Notes under the pieces: generated by a model | Database searches by the model: none | What the model was told of the DNA's origin: nothing | The model's input: only the letters and a program-made list of their open reading frames with translations | Program-made: the position numbers and the translations under genes | Source: the human T2T-CHM13v2.0 reference genome, Homo sapiens | Direction: 5' to 3' (one strand) | DNA length: 64,000 bases | NCBI RefSeq assembly: GCF_009914755.1 | Contig: NC_060927.1 | Shown here: positions 13,868 through 27,143 of the stretch, piece by piece | Numbering within the stretch: position 1 is the stretch's first letter | Layout: each line of letters begins with the position of its first letter

Positions 13868-14034
13868 GAGTTCCATGTGTATTGGAAATACAAGTCCTTT
13901 GTCAGTTACATGATATGAAAATATTTTCTTCCAGAATGTCATTTGTCTTTTTGTCTTCTTAATAGGGTCTTTCACAAAACAAACATTTTAAATTATGATG
14001 GGGTCCAACTTATAAATTTTTCTTTTCACTTACT

Positions 14035-14215
14035 TTTTAGTCAACAAATAATTATTGAATATCAACAATTTATTAAGATATTGTTCCAGGCACCCTGTAG
14101 AGATCACGGATGTGACATAGCTTTAACTTTGGGCACTTAGAGTCTAGCAGGGGAGATTGGAGATCTATGCAAATAACTAATAATACATAGCAAGTGCTAA
14201 GTGACATGGAAGAGG
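14035..14215 (-). mobile_element. L2 fragment
   Basis: CAACAAATAATTATTGAAT...GAGTCTAGCAGGGGAGA resembles reverse L2 3' end. Confidence 0.5.
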
Positions 14216-14399
14216 TCGAGATACATTTTTGGCTGATAAGGAAGCAGTGAGTGAAAGTTTTATTTCACCACTTATGCGCCAGAAATGTCACAAAATAGCA
14301 TAGAATCTTCATTTATAAACTCATTTTCCAGGTTGAAAATGATAGTTTTTAAATAAGTAACATATAATAAATCTCATGTACAAAATGATTCCACATACA

Positions 14400-14570
14400 T
14401 TGTATCAATAACAATCTTACAGGGTGGTGGAGAGGATTACAACATATTTTATATGTGAAAAAATCTTGGATTCAGCCAAGTTAAGCAACTTGCCCAAGGT
14501 CATGCAGCCAGGAAGTGGTGAGTTCAGACTGGCACCTCAGTCTTGTGATTAATGCTCTTTTAATTCTACC
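14400..14570 (-). mobile_element. MIR
   Basis: GTTAAGCAACTTGCCCAAGGTCATGCAGC core motif. Confidence 0.8.
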
Positions 14571-15599
14571 CAGAATCCTCCTGAGACATGTCCTTTTCTT
14601 GCTAGTATAAACTCATCAGTCTTCTGGCTAAGAAATGAATTGTCTGATTCGCATTTTAAAAGAAGACGTGGTACGGTTCCTTGTGCACACAAATGTCAAA
14701 GAGCTCTTATTGATAAAGGAGGAATCCATTAATGCTCTTACGGTGGTCAAGATCATGCAGAAAATGGAAAAACAAGCGCTGCCTGTGAGTCATGAAGTGA
14801 TGCTATGGTTGGATTCAATGACATTTTGCTGGAGACTGCTCAGGATGGGGGAATTGAGAACATGGTATTTTAGGTCATCTGTGCCAGACACACTGTTATC
14901 CAAAATCATCTTCAGATGCCAAACCTTTCACAGAGAACATTAAAAAGCAGTCAGTATTAGCGCTGGTGAAGAAAGGTGGGCCTGTTTCTAACCCAAAGGA
15001 CTACCTACCAATAGGAAACTGGGGCTCATTTTCATTCCTCTGTCTCTGGGCTTCCATCTGTACTTCCTGCCTTATTTGTGACCTTGCTCGAATCACTTAA
15101 CTATTCTGTATTTATTTGTCTTTCTTTTAAAGTGTTTATAACTTAGGTAAGATGTTAGGACTTTGATTCTGAGAGTCTGTAAAGAAGTGGATTGACTAAG
15201 TCAGCTTTGCAAACATCTGCATAATGCCAAATAAACTTTGAACCCAGCACCCAATCATGTCATGATGCAGCCCCTATGGGGCCCATGTTGAAAGTACCCT
15301 TTGACATTCTATATTCAAACATTTATCCTGTTGGCCTGGCATCCAGTTGAAAAAGCTGAAATCTTCACTGGATCTGGACAGAAATGAATTCCAGTGTTTA
15401 CATGTGGCTTACTATGTACCAGTCGGGAGGCACATGTAGGAAAATAGGTGAGTTGTGGTAAACTTTTCAGCTGATTTACTCCAACCACTGTGTCCGTCTT
15501 ACTGTCTTTGCTACTCACAAACATAACACTCCAGTCTTTACACTTCTCAAGGGCCGGACTTAATGATTGGAGCAAGACAAATAAGTTTTCCTGGGCAAC

Positions 15600-15955
15600 T
15601 TAATGTGCACTGTGGAAGGGAAGACTTGCCTCATTCTTAGGTGCTGGCCACTGAGTAGAAGGTAATTCTGGAGCTGTCAGATGCCACTACATTAAGTAAG
15701 TCAGCTTAATAATAAAACCTAAGGGGGAAAGCAGAGAGGAGTAGTGGAGAAAGAGGGAAAGAGAGAGCAAACAAACTAGAGAGAGGCTGAGACTGTAGTT
15801 CTATTTCTGCTGACATCACCTGAACCCCTGAATCCAAAAGTGCCTGACGTTAGACCTACATCTGGACTTTGCATTTAAGTGAGCCTATGTATTTCTTTTC
15901 ACTTCTAAGCCTCTTAGAGTTGGGTTTCTGCCACTTGTAACTAAGAGTTCTTGAG
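15600..15955 (+). mobile_element. MaLR LTR (MLT1-type) fragment
   Basis: 3' end GAGTTGGGTTTCTGCCACTTGTAACTAAGAGTTC typical of old MLT1 LTRs. Confidence 0.6.
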
Positions 15956-16007
15956 ACCTCTTAAATAAGTTATAATAAATCCTGTTCAGTAGAATATCAT
16001 ATAGCTG

Positions 16008-16119
16008 GAAGAAAAGAAGGAAGGAAGGAGGGAGGGAAGGAGGGAGGAAGGGAGGAAGAAAGGAAGAAGAGACGGAGGGAGGGAGAGAGGGAAGGGAGGG
16101 AGGAAGGAAGAAGGGGAAA
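16008..16119 (+). repeat. Purine-rich (GGAA/GGGA)n low-complexity tract
   Basis: ~110 nt almost entirely G/A. Confidence 0.9.
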
Positions 16120-16459
16120 CTCCTTATAATGATAGCGAATGATTACATGATACATTGTTTAGGGGAAAGGCCAATCGACTTGTTATTATAATTTGCACTT
16201 ATTGATTACAACAATTCAGAACAATGAACATCATTTAACATAAGTTTATTTTGTCTGTCCAGATGGATTATCAACTCCTGAACATTCTTATCCTATTTTT
16301 TCTCCCCTCCATAGCAATCAACAGGCTCACAGTACTGTTTTTTATTGGACTCTGCTCCCTGAGGTAAAATCATGTTGAAAACCTAGTTTCAAACAAATGT
16401 TTTTATGAAATGTTTCACTGGCAGGACTTGGTTTCACAATCAAGAATCTATTGGTCTGA

Positions 16460-17750
16460 CAAAAATAAACCAAAAAATGGGCAAAGGATATGAACATAGA
16501 GTTTAAAAGGAAATACAAGTGTCTCATAAACATATGCAAAATGTTCTACCTCACTTTTAATAAGATAATAGCAAGTCAAGCTATCGAGACCATTTTATAT
16601 AATTGGCAAAGATCTGCAAGTTGGATAATGTACTGTGTAAAGGGATATGTCAGTGTATCAGAAAAGTATCAGTCAGGTACAACTAGAAAAACAGAAACCA
16701 CTTGGAATATTTGAAATGGGGGGAAGTTAAAACATAGAGTTGGTTACCCGGAGGATGTGAGAGGCTGAAAGACTCCCAGGAAACAGTGAGACCACTGGAG
16801 ATTAGCAACAGTAGGACATCCTGTTACCTCCAGGCCAAAGGGACAAGAGGGGGAGATGTTGCCAGAACCCAGGGAGCTGAGCCCATACTGAGCCTGTCCT
16901 ACTGGACTTGGGACCACCCAGGAGGAGTAGCTGCTGCCCTAGACACCCTTCTGTTCCCACCACCCAAGCTGAAAGGGAAGAATGGGAAACACCCTGGCTT
17001 CTCCCTTTCTCCCTCCTATTCTCCTACTGCTGAGTCCCATCGGCCAATTGATAGGGGAGTCTGGGAAATGAAGCCCCCCATGAAGCAGAGTCGGAAGGAC
17101 TAGGAATGGATATGAGAGCTAACAGGCTCAGAACCATCAGAGGGGTGGGTGTGTGAAATATGCACTCACATACCTTGTGTGAGATCATGAGTTTATATCT
17201 CTATGAAGGGCATTTGACATTATCCAAATTACAAATGCACATCACCGTTGACCCCATGATCCAGTTGTACAGATTTATTCTTCATATGTACCCCCACACG
17301 TACACAGTTACATAGGAACAAAGTTATTCATGCATAATTGTTATTAACAGTGATAGATTGGAGACCATTTAAATGCCCATAATTGGGGGCCCTTACATAA
17401 ATTTTGGCATATCTTATTCAATGGAATATCATACAGCTGTAAAATAACAAGAAAAAGTTTTTGGTAATGATATGGAATGACTCCACGATAATATCTTGTT
17501 AAGGGAAAAGATCAAAATGTAAAACAATGTGCATAGTTTGTACAACAAAAATAAAAATAAGAGCATTAGACAAATATGTTTGTGTATATGTCAATTTCCT
17601 TGAGGGAGGTACACACTGGTTGCCCCCAGGAAGAGGAATTGAGAGACAAGGGTGGGAGGGAGTCTTGTTAACTGTGTTCCATTTGTAGTTTTAGAATTTT
17701 GTGCCACATGAATGCTAATCAAGCACAGCTAAATAAAATTTAAATTTAAT
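16460..17750 (+). mobile_element. Old L1M(E) 3' region interrupted by LTR33
   Basis: AAAATGGGCAAAGGATATGAACA... resumes after 17140 and runs to an A-rich 3' end. Confidence 0.65.
16666..17140 (-). mobile_element. LTR33-like (ERVL) solo LTR
   Basis: GTATCAGTCAGG...GAAAAACAGAAACCAC matches reverse complement of recalled LTR33 3' end. Confidence 0.6.
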
Positions 17751-18639
17751 GTAAACAAAAGAGAAACAAACTAACTTCCTTCCACTTTACCAGTTTGTAG
17801 ACATTAAAATCCCTTTAAAGGAGGGAATCGAATCTTTAAAGAAATTAACTCCTTTACCTTCCGAGTTCCTTTCTTTAAGGTTTTGTCTTGTTTTGTTTTG
17901 TTTTCTGCTGTGGACTGATCAGCAAACAAGCCATTTATTTCTACTGCGCACATTTACACGGAGAGAACAGCCTCAACCCACCGGCTTGAGAGGATTTCCA
18001 GGGATTCAGAAATCGCCAGTGTAACTCCATAAATGCTTTATTTTCATGGAGCGACTTCCACCCTGCAGCTAAAATTGACAAAGTGTTTTCACAGCCGAGT
18101 TGTTGGGGCTGAGGCAGTGGGTCTCAGGAAGATCCCTGGCTTAATGGATGCAAACGCACAATGAAGTCCCGGCCTGGAGTGGAACCTTTCAACTCCCAGT
18201 CATTCTTCCAGGACCGGGAACTCCTGGCACGAGCCCGAAAGCGTTCCTCACTTGCAGCAGTCTTTGGGAGTCTTTCTGACAGCGCGGGCTCACTAACCCG
18301 GCGGTTCCGCAGCTGTGTTTGGGAGACTTGGGGGCGCATTAGCCTGGACAGCTCCCTGATCGGTAACCCCTTTGATGTGTGTTGAATGAATGAGCGTCGT
18401 TAGCGTAGTAGTAAATTTATGGGAGAATTAAAGCAATCCAGATAGGGGTCACTACGGAGACTTTAATTACCCAGGGACTGTGAAGTGGGGAAGAGCTGTC
18501 TGTGGAGGAGCGCCACACCATGTCTTAGATTCAGGCAGGCCCCGGATTCTGGTGACCCATTACTCTACGGTCACTGAGGGTCCGGGCCCCCAGGACTCAG
18601 AGGCAGGAGACAGGAAAAGCCTGACTTAGAATCGGGGAA

Positions 18640-19860
18640 GGACCTGGAGTCGCACATGGGGGCTCCCGAACCGCGGCCCCAATACTGCACTGCGCCGCAG
18701 GGAAGAGCCCCGGGAGGGGCGCGGGTCCCCGCCCCGGGCGCGCGCAGCCCTGCCCCGCCTCCTCCCGGTGCGCCCCGCCCCTCCCGGCGCGTGCCGCCCG
18801 CGCGCCCGAGGTGCTCTGGAGGAACCGGCCCGGCGGGCACCCCCTGCCCCGGCGCAGGCGCGATCGCGGGCCGCCCCTCCCGCCGGGCGCCCTGCACGCG
18901 CCCCCGCCCCGCCTCCGCACGCTCCCCCGCTCCGGGCGCCTCTGATTGGCTCTCGGCCGGGCCAGCAGGTGTCGGCGGTGGCTGCGGCCAGGCTGGCCCT
19001 GGCTGCCTGCGGCGCGGGCGCCTCCCTCGCAGCCGCTGCTGCCGACGCCGCTGCGCTCCCGCCTCCTGTCGGTTCCCGGGTTCCCGCTGCGGCTGCGGTT
19101 CTGGCAGCCGAGCCCCCGCGGTGCTGCAGCCCAGCTTTAGCGCGCAGACCGACCCGCGCCCCTTCTTCGCCGCCGGCAGCCTCTAATCCACGCGGCGCGT
19201 TGCGGCAGGTGCCCTGGGCGTACTGAGGCGCGGTGGCCTGAGCCCGGCCGCCATCGATGACCCCGGTCGCGGACTTGCTTCAGGCTGGCCACCCCCCGTG
19301 AGTACCGTCCGCCTCCCTCTTCTCCCCTCTGGCAGCTTTGCGCCACTCTCCCCTCAACGTTGCCGCAACTTCGGGGGTGGGTGTGTGAAGGTGTGGAGGT
19401 GTCTCTCACGCTCCCCCGCACCCTGTGCGCGTCCGGAGCCAGGAACCCTAGGCGCGGCCAGTCAGCCTCTGCGGAGGGGCGAGGGGCGCGGGTACTTGAA
19501 CTTGCTCAGGGATCATCGCGGAGCCAGAATCGCCTCTTTCTCTCGCTGCTGGGGTGGGAGCTCGCCTCTGCGTTTCCCTCGCGTTTTCCGATCCCGGATG
19601 GCCACGTAGTGCTTGGGCTGCGGTTCACCGCGTACCTACTGTGCTGCGGGCGCACCGGCGGGACGCCTCAAACCATCCGTTAAGCGCCCCGCAAGCAGCC
19701 CAGCGCGACGGACCTGACTCAAACTCTTAATTCTGTAAAACGGGGGTAATCAGGGACTCTCTCAAGGTCACAGCTGGTGCTCAGAGTTAGAACACAGGTG
19801 GATTGCGTCTGGCCCTCGCCCGCGGGCTGCCTGGGGAGGGGAGAGCTGTTGGCGGGGCGG
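18640..19860. promoter_or_regulatory. CpG-island promoter
   Basis: Very high GC and CpG density against an AT-rich, CpG-depleted background; multiple CCGCCC/CCCCGCC Sp1 boxes (18727-18912); inverted CCAAT (CTGATTGGCT 18941-18950); C-runs imply G4 potential on - strand. Confidence 0.95.
18950..19297 (+). other. MYRIP: Non-coding first exon (5'UTR), likely of MYRIP (myosin VIIA and Rab interacting protein); 5' boundary approximate
   Basis: Lies just downstream of CCAAT/GC boxes; ends at CCC|GTGAGT donor (GT 19298-19299); downstream L1s are mostly antisense, as expected for a + strand intron. Gene identity rests only on my recollection of the mRNA 5' end and was not searched. Confidence 0.55.
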
Positions 19861-20599
19861 TCACTTCAGCTTCATCCCGGGTTCCTCCTCATACTCCCTT
19901 TCCGCCACAGCCGCCAGACTTGAAGAGGTAGGGAGCCAATCCCAGGGGGCTCTACATAGATTTGGAGGTAACGGCGGAGGATCTTCCTGATGGACGCGTG
20001 GAGCGGAAAGATTCAGTGGTGGGAACCCCAAGACCTGCGGCTTTTTGGAGCACTTGCTCCCCTTCTTGTTCCTTAATTTACTGACGTCTTGGCAGGGTAG
20101 GGGAATTTGTTCTTATATCCGTCCTGCTCCTCTTTTCTTTTGCCAAATAAGCACCGTCCCCAAGGATAAGTACGTATCCCAAAACTCTTAAATGCACACA
20201 CTGGTTTGGGCCTAGGGACTTCCTAAGAGAAGCGAGTACGCTGTGGGCTTGGTTCGCTAACGTTGGCTCCTATCCGCTCCTAGAAAATGCCTTGAGTCTG
20301 GCTTCATTTCCATGCTCTCCATCTCCCCGACCATGATCTCGATTTGTTGATTTTCTTGACACTTACTCAGGGGAGGAAGACTGAGACTGGGGGCTGGCCA
20401 GTCTTGGGGTATGCAAATGATGTCGGGTGTGATTCTTTTACTCCAGGTCCTTTGAGGTGGCTCCAGTGGGGCCGCCTGTGGTGTTGTGGGCGCTTCTCAG
20501 AGCTCTGGGCTGGGGAGAGCGTCACCTAGCCTCTCTTGCCATTATCACCTTGTCCCTTCAACTCAGCCTCCCCCACCCCAACTCTGAAACTCAGCCATG

Positions 20600-20745
20600 A
20601 GATCAATACTTAGTTTTGTGATGACTGACCAGCATCTTTGAACCTGAACTTTTTCATTTATAAAATGAAATAATCCCCGCCGCCTTTCAATCTTCCCAAG
20701 GAACTTGGAGTTCATAGGATATGATAAATGTGAAAATGCACTGGG
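20600..20745 (+). mobile_element. MIR fragment
   Basis: TTTTTCATTTATAAAATGAAATAAT...ATGTGAAAATGCACT resembles MIR core/3' end. Confidence 0.5.
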
Positions 20746-23239
20746 GTTTTATTAAAAAGTCGAAGGAAGATGGTTCAAGGCATCTGGGTCTACGGTGGAA
20801 ATGGAGGTAATTTAAAAAATTTTACAGCAATATCTGGGACCCTATTTGCAGATTTCAAAATCTTTTTAGAGAAATTTAGTTTCCCAAGACTTTGAAGATA
20901 CTGCTTTCCATCTTCCTGCTCACGTTCCTTTGCCTGGCCATGGGCAGCTGCGTCTCTCCTAATTACCCACTACTACCTCCATCTGCGAGCTGTCTCTGTG
21001 GGCCAGAAGCTGTGTCTGTGGGACTGTTTCTGGAGAGTGGGGGGAGGCTGTGTGTGTGTGTGTTGTCTCTGAGGAGTCAAAGTGTGTCTCTGTAGAGATG
21101 GTGTGTATCTCTTGGTGGCGCAGTGTTCTGTGTGGTCTGGGTTTCGTTTGTCTGCGTGTATGGTGGTAGAAGGGAGAGTTATCCGGCTGCAGAATTTGTT
21201 CACTTTTGAGAAAGTGAAGTGTTAGCCATACTCAGCTCAGTCATTTAAACTAGCGGTAGCATAGATTATGTTCTATCTCCTTCCTCCCTGCCCAGAGGGA
21301 TTCCCGATGGCTGAAAAATATCCCGTAGAAAACAAGGCTTCCCCCTGATTTTGCCTTCGAATTATTATTGTGTATGCACAGACTCTTGCCGGAAAGCCAA
21401 GTTAAAGGGAGATGACTGATCAGACCTTGGTGAATTTAACAGTCTGTTGAAGTATAATTCCAGAAAATAATGCAGTTCTGAAGGATACACTCAGTGGATT
21501 GTCACAACTGAGCACACCTGTGTAACCAGTGCCCTGATTAAGACCCAGAATATTTCCAATCTTCCCATTACCCCTACCTACAGGCACTATCCTCCAAGGG
21601 TAGCCATCATCCTGCTTAGTTTTATCAGGTTAGTTTTATTTTTATTACTATTGTTATTTATTTTATCATTTTAGTTCCCAAGCTAAAATGAGACTTCTTG
21701 ATGATTTTCTACCTCCTTTTTAATAAATGCAATCCAAGAGTAGTTATACTTAAGCCAGTACAGAAAAATAGAAGGAATAATTTAGCCTTACAATCTGGGT
21801 GAAGAATGACTTGGTTGTCCCACCACACCTTGATCATTAGTTATTTGGTGGTGTAACAAACCTGATCCCAGATGTAACAGTGCTGACATTGGTCAATGGC
21901 GGCTGGTTTGTTCCCATAAGAGCTTTTTCATAGGGTGAATTAAAGTAATGCAAACATGAAATTATGTGATATTAAAATATGAATGAAGAAAAAATGAATA
22001 GATTCTCATTTGATATATAAAAAGGAAGTATTTTGAATTCCTCAAAGATAAAAAGTTGACAGAGAATCAGAATTTGAAAGCTGACTGATTTATGAACTGT
22101 TGGTGTTGTTGCCACATGGTGGCGCCAGGTTGGCTGGAGAACTGAAATACCTACCATCTTTTCCCAAGCTCTCAGAAAGGAATCCCAGGAATAAAATCCA
22201 ACAATCCAACAACTCAGTATCTCCGAACATGATTTCCAACTACTATTTTCCATATCTAGCAAGTAGATCCCTTGTATGGTCCCTGCTACTAAATCCATGG
22301 GTAGAACTCTATCCCAGCTCTTTATGAAGATGGCCGTGGGATGGGGGCAGGTGCTTGTTGGAGGGAGCTGGAGGTGGGACACTGTTGCCTTTCCCTCAGC
22401 AAGATGGAGTTAAGGTGGTGTGTCCTTGTGATTTTAAAGAGGGTTAACTGAGAAGCAAGCTTTGGTCTCCTCATCCTACCCCAGAATCTCTTCAGAGGTT
22501 TGAAGGAATGAGTTCTCATTCCGAAGGCTGGTATCTCTTTTCACAGAGCCCTGTCGATGCTGAACCTGGAAGAATACATAGCCCTGGCTGTAGCCACGCT
22601 ACTGTTGCTGGAAGACATGTCCCAAAATCCCACAGAGCATGCCCAAGTGACCCGGGAGATGTGGGGATGTTGTATCCAGATATGGAGAAGGCTAAGTGGA
22701 CCCAGCTGGTGCCCTTCTCCCATCCATCACCTTTTGTTTTTATTGTCAGCACGACTGAGATGCTGTTTAGAAGATTGTATTCATTTGGTGGCTTCCATGC
22801 CCATAATCACCAAGAGTGTTGAGTGTTTGTCATGTGTTGGGCACGATAATTATATTTATTCTTCACAATAGGAGGAGGATGGCTTTCCAATTTTAAGATA
22901 AAAGAACTGCACCTTGAAAGTTACACACTCTAAGTTTACACACTATGCAAGCCGGAGTGAAGGTTAAGAGCCAAGTGCCTGAGACAACATCCCTAGCTGA
23001 GTTGTACTCTTCTGCAGTGGCCGGAGGTGGAGGGGAGTCTTATATATAATTCTTTTGTCTTCACTGGCACCTACTCTAGCACTTTACATGTAGCCACTTA
23101 AGTGTAAGTATGGAATTGCTGAAAATAGAAAATTCTGTCATAAGCAAGAAGGACAGTGAAAGATGAGAACTTGGGGTCAAGTCCATTCAACCTGCAATGC
23201 TGGGACTCAGCGTGCCTACTAGAGTGTGTAGTTTTATTA

Positions 23240-25430
23240 TGTGTTTAAAACAACATGTTATGGACACCTGTCTTATCTATTTTTGTGATTTTTTTCACCT
23301 AACTTTTTTTACATGTGTTGATAACATATATTGATCATTGTAAATCTAGTTGACTCATTTTAGCTTAGCATTCCTTTGATATGCCACAGTTTATATATTG
23401 ATAGATAAAAGATTTTTCTACCTCTTGGTATTATTAAATATATTACAAGGAATATCCTTGACAAGATCTTGTAGAAATGTACAAGAGTGTGTCTTGGGCA
23501 TATATCCTCAGAAGGGGAACAACTGAGTAGTAGGATATGTATGCTTAAATCAACATTCATCTGTTATTTTAGCTCTCCTAGGTTTGGCAGGTTGCCCTCC
23601 TACTGCATTGTGTTGGAGTTCCTTGTATTCCCATATCTTTGGCTGTGACTGGTATTAATCAGATGTTTTGATTTTGGCTAATCTGAGAAGCTTGGAATGT
23701 ATTTTACTGCTCTTTTACTTTGCATTTCCCTTAGAGATTATCTTTTTAATATATAGTTTTAATATAGTTTTTCAATTTTTTGTGTATTTCCATTGGTTTT
23801 TTTACTGGCAAAATTTTGTTTTTCATAGTTGGGTCTTTGAACTCCTCTGAAATTTGTATACCTGTGTTGTTGAGGCAGGAGTATAATTGTTTTCCATATT
23901 GAAAACCATTTACCACAGTATCATTTAATGAATAGTTTACTATTTTCTCACTTATTTTGTTGCCATCTCTGACATATGCTAATTTCCGTTATATCCTTGG
24001 ATCTGTCTCTTGACTCTCTGTTCTACTCATGTTTTTGTGATTCCTGAGCTAATACCATTTCATTTAATTATTAAAGCTTTATAATAAATCTTCTCTTCTT
24101 ACCCTTTTTCCTTAAAACTGTCTTGGCTATTCTTGATGCTTTAGGCTTCAACATGAATTTTAGGATCTATCCCTTCCTATGAAAATTCCTGTTATAATTT
24201 ACATTGAATCTAAAGGTTAATTAGAGGAGACTTTTACCTTTTCACTATTGATATGTTCCTTTCATGGACATGGCCTATCTCTATACATTATTTTGTAGGT
24301 CATTCTACAAGGCTTTATAATATTCTCCATAAAGTTCTGAAACTTGTATTAGGCACCTTATAGGTTTTCATTATCATTTTTCAGTTGAGGTATAAGTCAC
24401 ATACTATACAATTCACTCATTGAAAGTTTACAATTTAGTGTTTTTAGTAAATTTGCAGGGTATGCAGCCATCAACACAATCTAATTTTAGAATATTTTTG
24501 AACCCTGCAAAATAAACCCTGTACCCATTAGCAGTCATTTCTCAGTTCTTATCCCTCCACGCACCCTGCCACACACCCAGCCCTAGGCAACCTTACCAAT
24601 CTACTAAGTCTATACATTTGCCCATTCTGGATATTTCATATAAATGGAATCATACAATAATACAGTATGTGGCATTTTGTGTCTGGCTTCTTTCACTTAG
24701 TGTAATGTTTTCAAGGTTATCTAAGTTGTTGAATGTATCATTGCTTCATTCCTTTTTATTGGTGTATTTCATCATATATATGTGTGTGTGTGTGTATGTA
24801 TGTATATATATATACACATACATATCACATCTTAGTATCCCTTCATTAGTCCTTAGAAGTTTTATTGCTCTTGTGAATGGGATCATCTCTCCTCTAGCTA
24901 CATTTTTAAAATTGGTTATTGCCAGTATATAGTAAGGGGGCTGTTTTTTTGTATTCTAATTTTCTATTTGGCATCTTTGTTGGTTTGTAGATTCTCTGGA
25001 TATTCTGTAGAAAGCCATAGGTACTACAAGTAATGGTGGTTTTGTTTCTTCTGTTTTAAAACTGTTTATATATTTTTTCCTTGGAATATTACACTGCCTA
25101 GGGCCTCTGGCATAATGTAGAGGAATAGTGGTGATAGTGGACCTCCCAGTCTGGTATGACTTTGATAATGTTTTAAATATTCACCAAGAGTATGGTGGTT
25201 ACTTTAGGTTTGTGGCAGATTTGCTTTAACGTGTTAAGAAATTGTATACTTTTGGTATTCTAATAGCGTTTTTTTTTTTTTTCAATTATGCTTATGTTAA
25301 ATTTTTATCATATTCTTTTTTATATCCTCTTTAACAAAGTTGAATTATTAGCTATAATATCAATTCATTTTGTTTTCCTTCCAAAGTTTGTATTATGAAA
25401 ACGTTATATTTCCAAATGTAAAATTATATT
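23240..25430 (-). mobile_element. Old L1M fragments (L1ME with L1MB-type 3' end at ~24380-24770)
   Basis: Degenerate L1 ORF2/3'UTR motifs (CATATAAATGGAATCATACAA...GTCTGGCTTCTTTCACTTAG). Confidence 0.65.
24773..24825. repeat. (TG)n/(TA)n compound microsatellite
   Basis: Direct inspection. Confidence 0.85.
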
Positions 25431-25440
25431 TTAATATTGA

Positions 25441-25763
<323 letters not shown>

Positions 25764-26842
25764 TGAATTTGCCTTTTCAAATCATACTGACAACCTATCC
25801 TGAGAGTAAACTCCCCTTGTAGGTATTTTTCTTTCTTCTCTTACTTGAGGATCAGTGTCTTGAAGAAAGATCAGACTGACTGAAGAGTTTACAAAGGCTA
25901 ATAAATATGAAGCACTCTGAACAGTGCCTGGCACTTAAGTCTTAGTTATTATCATAATTATACAATGTAGTTAGTAATAAATTATCAAAGAGCGTTGATT
26001 TGGAGTCCTGAGGAGGAGGCTTCACTAGGGGGAGGCCGGCCCAAATGGAGTGGCTAATGGAGAATGTGGTATTTGACTTGGCAATTGAAATTAAATTAAA
26101 CTAAGTGTGTTAATATAAAACATAATAATTATAGAAATATAGGCAAACAGAAGAAAGTAAAAATCACCTATATTCCCACCACTTAGTTGCTTTTGAAATT
26201 TTTATATATTTTTTTCCAGAGGTCATTTGATATTGTATACATAAATCCAAACCTTATAAAATATTCATTTTCTGAATCTCACTAGTTATTAAGCCTCTGT
26301 AATGATAACAGCCTTCACATCATCACATGAAAACATTCATTAATGAATTGCCCGCTTATATGTAGGTCCCCATTGTGATGTCTTAAGATAGCACTAACGA
26401 GTGTCTGCCTACTAAGCATCATTTCCTTTATGGGCCAGTTGCTCCTCAGTTATATAGGATTTTACTGGACATGATAGTGCAAATTCATTGTAGAATAGAA
26501 TTGCAAATCTTGCAAAAGATGGAGAACTTCGTGAAACTGATGAAACTAGGTTGACAATCTGCAGAAAACACTTGCTGATTGTTGAACACATTGATTGCTG
26601 ACAGCCCTAAACCTGGTAAGGATCGAAAAAGAGACAGTATCTGCATGCTCCAGAAGAGAATGAGTTGAATGACAAAATAGGGAGAGGTCCTTTTGATGCC
26701 CATCCTCAAATAATTTTGCTCAAAAGTGATACTGTTTCTGAGCTTGTCAGAAACGTCAAATGCTCATTGAAGGATGTTTTGTGCTCTTAAGTTTGCTGGG
26801 GAATTTATTCCCCAAATATGAAAACATGATTTATTTTAAGGT

Positions 26843-27143
26843 AGCATTTTCCAGAAGAAATATGCTAGGAATACATGTAATTTAAAATCTTCTCATGGGC
26901 ACATTAAAAACATTTTTTAAAATGGTGGAACTAATTTTAATAATATATTTAATTCAGTATATCAAATATACTTTTGTATATATTTCAAGATAAAATCAAT
27001 ATAAAATTATCAATGGAATGTGTGACATTCCTTTTTCTATACTAAGCCTTTGGAATCTAGAATGTATTTTATACCCACAACACATTTCAACTGGACTAGT
27101 CACATTTCAAGTGCTCAGTAGCCGCATGTATTGTATAGTGTGG
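26843..27143 (+). mobile_element. MER33 (hAT-Charlie)
   Basis: ...CACATTTCAACTGGACTAGTCACATTTCAAGTGCTCAGTAGCCGCATGT matches recalled MER33. Confidence 0.8.

Larger units (their letters stand above)
11590..14030 (-). mobile_element. Old L1M (L1MB/MC-like) 3' region interrupted by LTR12 and L1PA
   Basis: L1M 3'UTR/ORF2 motifs resume colinearly after each insertion. Confidence 0.7.

Noticed and set aside
18571-19683. Several 90-176 aa ORFs on both strands across the CpG island
   Set aside because: Low-complexity Pro/Arg/Gly/Ala translations are expected from stop-poor GC-rich DNA; several use non-ATG starts; no domain similarity recognised
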